A stretch of DNA of 64,000 nucleotides. Source: an uncultured Gammaproteobacteria bacterium (GTDB lineage: Bacteria > Patescibacteriota > Patescibacteriia > UBA1558 > 2-01-FULL-52-15). The notes beneath the pieces were generated by a model, which saw only the letters and a program-made list of their open reading frames with translations, was not told the origin of the DNA and searched no databases. Position numbers and translations under genes: made by a program. Location of the stretch: assembly GCA_964402565.1 (NCBI GenBank), contig CAYOCJ010000001.1, forward strand, positions 352,079-416,078. The letters run 5' to 3'. This document shows positions 57,604-64,000 of the stretch, piece by piece (the first letter of the stretch is position 1; each line of letters begins with the position of its first letter).

Positions 57604-58604
57604 AGCTCATCGTTACCGGAGGCGCTGGCTTCATTGGTTCAAATTTTATTTATTATCTTGCAGACAAGTATCCTGGCTATGAGATCGTCACGGTGGATTA
57701 TTTGACGTATGCGGGGAATCGTGCGAATTTGGATGATGTGCCGAAAGGAGCAAAACATACGTTGGTGCGCGCAGACATCGCAAATGTAACTGCCATGCGC
57801 GAGCTGACCAAGGGGGCTGATGCGATCATACACTTTGCCGCGGAAACGCATGTCGATCGTTCGATCGATGACCCTGGTGTTTTTTTGAAAACAAATGTTA
57901 TCGGCACAGAGTCGCTGTTGCGCGCAGCCGTTGCAAATAATGTTCCTCGTTTTCATCATGTCTCTACTGATGAAGTCTACGGACAGCTGTCGGATCAGGG
58001 CGCCTTTAATGAACAAACGCCCTATGCTCCTCGAAGCCCGTATTCTGCCTCGAAGGCCGCATCAGATCATATTGTGCGGGCCTATTTCCACACGTTTGGA
58101 TTGCCGGTAACCGTCAGCCATTGCTCGAACAATTACGGGCCCCGCCAATTTCCGGAAAAATTCATTCCGTTAAGCGTAACGAATCTCATGTCAGGTAAAA
58201 AGATCCCTGTCTATGGCAAAGGCCAGAATATTCGCGACTGGTTATATGTCGATGACCATTCGCGGGCGCTGGATGCTATTCTGCATAAGGGCAAGATAGG
58301 CGAGACGTATTGCATAGGTGGCGGCACCGAGATGAGGAATATCGACATTGCAAAAAAGATACTCGCTGTTTTCGGCAAGGATGAGTCCGACTTAGAGTTC
58401 GTGGAAGACAGAAAAGGTCATGATTATCGGTATGCGATCGACGCTTCGAAGATGCATGCTGAGCTCGGATGGTCGCCGCAGGCGAATTTTGAAACTGCCC
58501 TTGCTGAGACCATTCAATGGTATCGCGATAATGAAACCTGGTGGCGCGATATTGTAAGCGGCGCCTATAAGGATTACAATGCAGAAGTAGAAATTTTTTC
58601 TTGA
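57600..58604 (+). CDS. rmlB: dTDP-glucose 4,6-dehydratase
   Basis: Motifs MKLIVTGGAGFIGSNF, HVSTDEVYG and YSASKAASDH (YxxxK). ATGA overlap with the HIT gene. Confidence 0.8.
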   Translation: MKLIVTGGAGFIGSNFIYYLADKYPGYEIVTVDYLTYAGNRANLDDVPKGAKHTLVRADIANVTAMRELTKGADAIIHFAAETHVDRSIDDPGVFLKTNVIGTESLLRAAVANNVPRFHHVSTDEVYGQLSDQGAFNEQTPYAPRSPYSASKAASDHIVRAYFHTFGLPVTVSHCSNNYGPRQFPEKFIPLSVTNLMSGKKIPVYGKGQNIRDWLYVDDHSRALDAILHKGKIGETYCIGGGTEMRNIDIAKKILAVFGKDESDLEFVEDRKGHDYRYAIDASKMHAELGWSPQANFETALAETIQWYRDNETWWRDIVSGAYKDYNAEVEIFS

Positions 58605-58607
58605 ACT

Positions 58608-59324
58608 ATGCGCGGAATTATTCTAGCGGGCGGGCATGCAACGCGATTGCGACCGCTGACCAAGATCACGAGTAAGCAGCTCCTGCCGGTCTACAATAAA
58701 CCGATGATCTTTTATCCGTTAGAGACGCTCTTGCGCGCCGGTATCAAGGAAGTCCTGATTATTGTAGCGCCAGAATACGCGGGCCATTTTCTGCATTTGC
58801 TCGGTTCAGGCAAAGAATTCGCTTCTGATGTCAAGTTTACCTATGAAATTCAGGAGCAGCCAAGAGGCCTTGCCGATGCATTCATCATCGGAGAGAACTT
58901 TATCGATGATCAGCCGGTTACCATGATCCTCGGAGACAATATTTTTATTGATGACCTGAGTGTAAGCATTGTCGATTTCAAATCGGGAGCCCGCGTATTT
59001 GCACGAGAGGTGCATGATCCTGAGCGATTCGGCGTCGTCGAATTCGACGCGCAGCGAAAGGCAATATCAGTCGAGGAAAAGCCGAAAGCGCCGAAAAGCA
59101 ATTTCGCAATTACCGGATGCTATGTCTACGATTCGCGCGTGGTCAAATTTGCAAAGGAACTCGAACCCTCAGCTCGCGGCGAGATCGAGATCACTGATCT
59201 GAACCGACGGTATTTGGAGCTGAACGAGCTCGATGTCAGGATCATCGAAAAACCATGGTTCGACGCAGGAACCTTTGATTCATTGCTCGAAGCCTCGAAC
59301 TATATCGCTGAGCACAAGGCGTAA
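58608..59324 (+). CDS. rmlA: glucose-1-phosphate thymidylyltransferase-like sugar nucleotidyltransferase (RmlA family, short form)
   Basis: N-terminal motif MRGIILAGGHATRLRPLTKITSKQLLPVYNKPMIFYPLE. At 238 aa it lacks the usual C-terminal extension. Confidence 0.7.
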   Translation: MRGIILAGGHATRLRPLTKITSKQLLPVYNKPMIFYPLETLLRAGIKEVLIIVAPEYAGHFLHLLGSGKEFASDVKFTYEIQEQPRGLADAFIIGENFIDDQPVTMILGDNIFIDDLSVSIVDFKSGARVFAREVHDPERFGVVEFDAQRKAISVEEKPKAPKSNFAITGCYVYDSRVVKFAKELEPSARGEIEITDLNRRYLELNELDVRIIEKPWFDAGTFDSLLEASNYIAEHKA

Positions 59325-59325
59325 C

Positions 59326-60630
59326 TTATTGAATAGTCAGTATCGTATTTTTTGTCGGTTCCATGATAAAGATCTTGGAGCCTTTTTTGTTGAATACCAG
59401 ATGGCTTTCATCTGAAGCATGGATATCGATCGGTATGCTGTTTCTGACATCGCGATCATCAAGTTCGACCAGGGAGAATGAACCTGATTTTTGCACTAAG
59501 AAATAACTGCCGCTCGGATGCCAGGCTATGCTCTGGATCTTTTCAGAGCTGCGGTCGATGAGCTGCGTATTTTTTGTCATATGATTGTAATAGGACACCT
59601 CGAAGTCTGTGGCGAAGAGCAGCCGCTCATTGCGCCATGCAATGTATGTTGCATCAAAATCCTGCACGTCATTCGCCGCAGGATCGACGAGCCAGACCGT
59701 TCCATCGCCTGTGCAGGTGATCAGCCCGTTATTGTTGACGGCAGCGATATGCAATTTTTCTTTGGTTTGGATGGTATATTGCCACAATAAAGTCAATGTA
59801 TCCCGCGCATAGACAATGATATGCGTACCGTCTTTTGCCGCGGTGAGCGTTATCAGATGGGCGCCGTCGAACGAAAAGTCATCAACGGTCGGTAATCGCT
59901 GCTCGGAGGTTCCGGTGAGCAAATTCAGAGTATCGAGCTGCCCGTTACGCACGAGCCACACGATATCGCGATTGAAAGGATCCCAGATTATTTTTGATGC
60001 AGTCAAAGGCCGCTGGCTTACCAGAACGGTCTTTTCTGTATTCACATCGACTTTGTACCACAGGGAACCTTTGGCAAACAGAATAGAATCAGCAGCCGGA
60101 TTTATGGCAAGTATCGTATCAGGCAGCGGATCCGTGGAGATCTGGTAATCGCTTTCACTAATGAGGCTTGTCAGGTGCAATCCTTGTGATGCATCCAGGT
60201 ATGCGTAGGCGTTTTCACTATCAGTCAGAATGAATTGATCGCCGCCCGTGGAGAGCTGCGTACTGAGCTGCTGTTTTTGAAAAAGCACGATGTCGCGGAC
60301 AAAGGTCGTCTCTGCAGGCCCGATCTCCAGTTGCTTCTGCCAAGGCATATAGCCATCGCGAGCGACTTGAATGGTATGCATGCCGGGGAGAATGTTCAGA
60401 ATGCGGTTCGGCGTTTTTTTGCCTGTTTTTTTTCCATCGATCAAAATAGGCGAGCCTGAGGGGAACGATTTGATATACAGGGCGCCGACCTTGGTGATCT
60501 CATGCCGGGCGAAATCGTAGCGGTTCCCTGTAGCGTAAAAAATGAGCGCTGGCGCAATCGTAAAAAAAAGCAAGAAAACGAAGATATAAAGCGCCCTGCG
60601 GAGTCGTAACGTCATCTTGTTTAAATTCAA
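59326..60630 (-). CDS. signal-anchored PEGA-domain protein with beta-propeller-like C-terminal region
   Basis: The PEGA block is YIKSFPSGSPILIDGKKTGKKTPNRILNILPGMHTIQVARDGYMPW. An N-terminal TM anchor is present. Its stop codon lies 1 nt beyond the rmlA stop codon (convergent). Confidence 0.6.
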   Translation of the reverse strand: MNLNKMTLRLRRALYIFVFLLFFTIAPALIFYATGNRYDFARHEITKVGALYIKSFPSGSPILIDGKKTGKKTPNRILNILPGMHTIQVARDGYMPWQKQLEIGPAETTFVRDIVLFQKQQLSTQLSTGGDQFILTDSENAYAYLDASQGLHLTSLISESDYQISTDPLPDTILAINPAADSILFAKGSLWYKVDVNTEKTVLVSQRPLTASKIIWDPFNRDIVWLVRNGQLDTLNLLTGTSEQRLPTVDDFSFDGAHLITLTAAKDGTHIIVYARDTLTLLWQYTIQTKEKLHIAAVNNNGLITCTGDGTVWLVDPAANDVQDFDATYIAWRNERLLFATDFEVSYYNHMTKNTQLIDRSSEKIQSIAWHPSGSYFLVQKSGSFSLVELDDRDVRNSIPIDIHASDESHLVFNKKGSKIFIMEPTKNTILTIQ

Positions 60631-60675
60631 ACGATACTTTACAATAGACCAGTACTAGACCCTACGAATACTACT

Positions 60676-61971
60676 ATGGACACTTTTATTATACAAGGCG
60701 GACGGAAATTATCCGGCACCATCGACATACAGGGTGCAAAAAATTCAGTAGGACCTATCATCGCGGCTACGATTTTGATTACCGGCGATTGCATTATTCA
60801 TAATATACCCCGCATCGGCGATGCAGAGGTTCTCCTGGGTATTTTGGAAAGCATGGGTGCCCGGGTGAAATGGGAAGGTCATGCTACAGCGGTCATCAAC
60901 TGCGATGCTATCGACCCGACGAAGATCGATTATACAGCCGTAAAGCGGATACGATTATCGGTGCTTCTGATCGGCGCTCTGGTACGGCGCTTTGGCAAGG
61001 TGCGGATGTCAGTGCCAGGCGGCTGTAATATCGGCAATCGATCGCTCGATGCTCATTTCGAAGGGTTGAAGTCGCTTGGATATGCGGTGGAACAAAAGGA
61101 CGATTTTTTTCATATCGAACGCGTCAGTGATCCGGAAATGCAAGTGGTCATGACCGAGTTCAGCGTCACGGCGGCCGAGAATATGATCTTGGCCACGATA
61201 CTGGGAAGCCATACGGTTACATTCCATTGCATCGCCGCAGACCCGCAGGTACAGGATTTATGCTGGTTTTTGGAAGCAGCGGGCGCAAAGATCGAAGGCA
61301 TTGGTACTCATACATTGACCATCAAAGGCGTAGAGAAGCTCAATGGCACTGAGTATACGGTCATGCCTGACCCATTAGAATTAGGCACCTTCATTGTGCT
61401 GGCAGCCGCCTTGCATTCAGAGATACGGATTCAGAATGCAGTGCCGGATTTTTTGCATTTAACGATCCGGAAATTCGAAGAGATCGGGGTGGCATTCGAG
61501 TATAGTGATATGCGCAGGTCTCCGAATGGGAAGTATGATATCAAAACCATGATCCCGCATTTAGCACATCGGCCCTTGAAGCCGGTACAGGGCAAGGTGC
61601 ATACCATGCCATATCCTGGTTTTTCGCCGGACATCATTCAGCCATTTGCATTATTGCTCACACAGGCAGCAGGCGTCAGCCTCGTGCATGACTGGATGTA
61701 CGACGGGCGCCTGCGCTATGTACAGGAATTGCAAAAAATGGGAGCAAATATTACGGTGCTTGATCCGCATCGCATTTTGATCGTGGGTCCGACGCCGCTG
61801 TATGGAAAAGAAATTACCAGCTATGATATACGTGCAGGAGCAACGGTCGTCATCGCAGCGCTGTTGGCAGAAGGCCAGTCAGTGATCCAGAATATAGCCC
61901 AGGTCGACAGAGGATATGAACGTCTTGATGAACGTTTGAAATCATTAGGCGCTTCCATTGAGCGCACGTAG
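60676..61971 (+). CDS. murA: UDP-N-acetylglucosamine 1-carboxyvinyltransferase
   Basis: Motifs MDTFIIQGGRKLSGTIDIQGAKNS and GGCNIGNRSLD (active-site Cys). Confidence 0.85.
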   Translation: MDTFIIQGGRKLSGTIDIQGAKNSVGPIIAATILITGDCIIHNIPRIGDAEVLLGILESMGARVKWEGHATAVINCDAIDPTKIDYTAVKRIRLSVLLIGALVRRFGKVRMSVPGGCNIGNRSLDAHFEGLKSLGYAVEQKDDFFHIERVSDPEMQVVMTEFSVTAAENMILATILGSHTVTFHCIAADPQVQDLCWFLEAAGAKIEGIGTHTLTIKGVEKLNGTEYTVMPDPLELGTFIVLAAALHSEIRIQNAVPDFLHLTIRKFEEIGVAFEYSDMRRSPNGKYDIKTMIPHLAHRPLKPVQGKVHTMPYPGFSPDIIQPFALLLTQAAGVSLVHDWMYDGRLRYVQELQKMGANITVLDPHRILIVGPTPLYGKEITSYDIRAGATVVIAALLAEGQSVIQNIAQVDRGYERLDERLKSLGASIERT

Positions 61972-61977
61972 CACACT

Positions 61978-63213
61978 ATGTTCTCGCCACAAAAAATTTC
62001 ACAAACAAAAAAATCGAATCCAGTCTTGCTGTTCTGGGTGGTCATGCTGTTATTCGTGAGTTTTTTTACCGGTTTTGTCGTCGCTATCCGCGTGAGCGGC
62101 GGCCTGCCTGGCGATGCTACCGTTACTGCTCGAAATCTGGGAGACGTTGGATATTTTGATGAAAAACTCTATGCAGAGGTGTGGAGCATTTTGAAAAATA
62201 ATTTCGTTGATAAGAAGAAGATAGATGATAAGAAACTTTTCTACGGAGCCCTGGAAGGCATGGTGAATGCAGTCGGCGACCCCTATACGACATTCTTTAC
62301 GCCCCAGGCAAGCAAGGACCTGAATGAAGAGCTCCAGGGCAGCTTCGAGGGAATTGGCGCAGAGATCGGCATCAAAGATAAGTTTTTGACCGTCATCGCG
62401 CCATTGCCGGGATCGCCTGCTGAAAAGTCCGGCCTGCGTGCGAGCGATGTAATCCTGTCTATCGACGGTGTTTCAGCAAGCACCTTGTCTTTAGATGATG
62501 CGGTTGCGAAGATACGGGGCAAAGCCGGGACCGCTGTGAAGTTATTGGTATTACATCCTGATGCAAAATCACCGGTCGATATTTCTGTGACCCGCGAGAA
62601 AATTGCCATACCTGCGGTCAAACTGGAGATGCAGGATGATATTGCGGTCATACATTTGTATAAATTTAGCGCTGAATCCGAGCATGAATTCATTGCGGCA
62701 TTACGGGAAGCTTCGTCCAAACAATTAAAGGGCCTGATCGTCGATCTGCGCAATGACCCGGGCGGTTTTCTGGATCAAGCAGTTCTGATCGCGAGCGCAT
62801 GGGTAGAGGAGGGAAAGCCGGTAGTCCGCGAGGTGTATCATGATGAACGCGATTCAAAAGAATATGATGCCGAAGCACAGTTCGCAGCTCCAAATGTGCC
62901 GACCGTTCTGCTCGTGAATGAAGGCTCTGCGTCTGCTTCAGAGATTTTGGCTGGCGCACTGCAAGATTATGGTAAAGCAACCTTGGTCGGGGCAAAGACC
63001 TACGGCAAGGGTTCGGTTCAGGATTTGCGCAGTTTGCCGGACGGATCTGAGCTGAAGATAACTATTTCACAATGGCTAACGCCTCGTGGTAGAATAATCA
63101 ACGGCGAAGGCATCACCCCGGACAAAGAAGTGCCCATGAGCCAGGATGACTATGACCAGAAGCGCGACCCGCAGCTTGATGCAGCTAAAGCGATCATCAA
63201 TGCAAAAAAATAA
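61978..63213 (+). CDS. carboxy-terminal processing protease (S41, CtpA-like) with PDZ domain
   Basis: N-terminal TM anchor. PDZ block GLRASDVILSIDG. Catalytic motif GSASASEILAGAL and downstream Lys. Confidence 0.8.
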   Translation: MFSPQKISQTKKSNPVLLFWVVMLLFVSFFTGFVVAIRVSGGLPGDATVTARNLGDVGYFDEKLYAEVWSILKNNFVDKKKIDDKKLFYGALEGMVNAVGDPYTTFFTPQASKDLNEELQGSFEGIGAEIGIKDKFLTVIAPLPGSPAEKSGLRASDVILSIDGVSASTLSLDDAVAKIRGKAGTAVKLLVLHPDAKSPVDISVTREKIAIPAVKLEMQDDIAVIHLYKFSAESEHEFIAALREASSKQLKGLIVDLRNDPGGFLDQAVLIASAWVEEGKPVVREVYHDERDSKEYDAEAQFAAPNVPTVLLVNEGSASASEILAGALQDYGKATLVGAKTYGKGSVQDLRSLPDGSELKITISQWLTPRGRIINGEGITPDKEVPMSQDDYDQKRDPQLDAAKAIINAKK

Positions 63214-63219
63214 GGCTGT

Positions 63220-64000
63220 ATGAAGAATACGAAGTATATTTTTATCACCGGAGGAGTTTGCTCAGGCCTTGGCAAAGGAATAGCGTCAGCATCGATCGGC
63301 GCTATTTTGAAATCCTGCGGATATTCAGTTTTCAGCCTGAAGCTCGATCCGTATCTCAATGTAGATCCGGGCACCATGAGTCCCTATCAGCATGGCGAGG
63401 TCTTTGTGACCAATGACGGTGCTGAAACGGATCTGGACCTTGGCCACTATGAGCGTTTCATCGATACCAATGTCAGCAAGCTTTCAAATCTGACGACGGG
63501 CCAGGTATACCAGGAAGTACTGCGCAATGAGCGTCGAGGTGATTTTCTTGGGAAAACCATCCAGATCATTCCGCATATCACAGAGGCAATAAAGAAGTAT
63601 ATCGATAAGACAGCCCGGCAAAGCAAGGCGGATATTCTATTGATCGAGATCGGAGGCACTGTCGGAGACATTGAAGGCGAGCCGTTTCTTGAAGCCATCA
63701 GAGAGTTCACACAGGAAAAAGGCGAGACGAATGTGTTCTTCGCCCACTTAACGCTATTACCATTTTTAGCTGCATCGCAAGAACTAAAGACCAAACCAAC
63801 GCAAATGTCTTTGGGAGAACTATTCAGGCGCGGCATACGCCCTGATGTCGTCTTGTGTCGGACAGATTATCCGATAGGCATTGGCGAAAGAAAAAAGATT
63901 GCACTCTTTGCATCGATCCCACTGGCCGCAGTCATCCCTGCGCCTACGGTCAAATCTATTTATGAAGTGCCATTGAACCTCGAAAAAGCGAAGATCTCGC
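63220..64000 (+). CDS. pyrG: CTP synthase, N-terminal part (runs off window end)
   Basis: Motifs [31 protein letters not shown] and [25 protein letters not shown]. No stop codon before the window end. Confidence 0.85.
   Translation, partial: MKNTKYIFITGGVCSGLGKGIASASIGAILKSCGYSVFSLKLDPYLNVDPGTMSPYQHGEVFVTNDGAETDLDLGHYERFIDTNVSKLSNLTTGQVYQEVLRNERRGDFLGKTIQIIPHITEAIKKYIDKTARQSKADILLIEIGGTVGDIEGEPFLEAIREFTQEKGETNVFFAHLTLLPFLAASQELKTKPTQMSLGELFRRGIRPDVVLCRTDYPIGIGERKKIALFASIPLAAVIPAPTVKSIYEVPLNLEKAKIS

Noticed and set aside
1-64000. CRISPR arrays, rRNA or tRNA genes
   Set aside because: No regularly spaced direct repeats were seen. No sequences with tRNA T-arm or anticodon-stem characteristics or rRNA signatures were seen. 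Protein-coding density is near-continuous.

Overview
This window comes from a compact, gene-dense bacterial genome with a weak or absent Shine-Dalgarno signal and sigma70-like TATACT/TATAAT -10 boxes. Most CDS sit on the + strand with 1-11 nt start/stop overlaps. The window is dominated by a cell-envelope glycan biosynthesis super-locus spanning roughly 9.5-59.3 kb.

The locus holds about 12 GT4 glycosyltransferases and 5 GT2 enzymes. Four of the GT2s are GtrB/ArnC/DPM1-like polyprenyl-phosphate sugar synthases. It also holds at least 7 large polytopic GT-C-like membrane proteins, including ArnT/PMT-like proteins with a DE motif, one YfhO-like protein and two Wzy_C/O-antigen-ligase proteins. 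Other members are a Wzx flippase, a GtrA, a WbaP-like initiating phosphotransferase and six class I SAM methyltransferases, two of which carry N-terminal zinc ribbons. A complete but scattered dTDP-rhamnose set (RmlA, RmlB, RmlC, RmlD) is present, as is a UXS-like decarboxylase. One gene fuses an Ntn-glutaminase domain to a zinc-ribbon PP-loop N-acetyl-sugar amidotransferase.

Upstream of the locus is a separate module. It runs from an ECF sigma factor through a DUF5667-like putative anti-sigma membrane protein and about 480 nt of ORF-free, hairpin-dense sequence to a 1252-aa Thr/Ser/Gly/Asn-rich, Cys-free secreted surface protein, and ends at a clean intrinsic terminator. A 9-mer, AAACTTGTT, followed by a GTG..TGAAA element lies upstream of both the sigma operon and the surface-protein leader. 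A related element lies upstream of the TPR/O-antigen-ligase operon.

The 3' end of the window is housekeeping: a PEGA-domain protein, MurA, a CtpA-like S41 protease and a partial PyrG. No rRNA, tRNA, CRISPR array, integrase or transposase was recognised.

All functional calls rest on motif-level reading of the translated ORFs. No database search was run.
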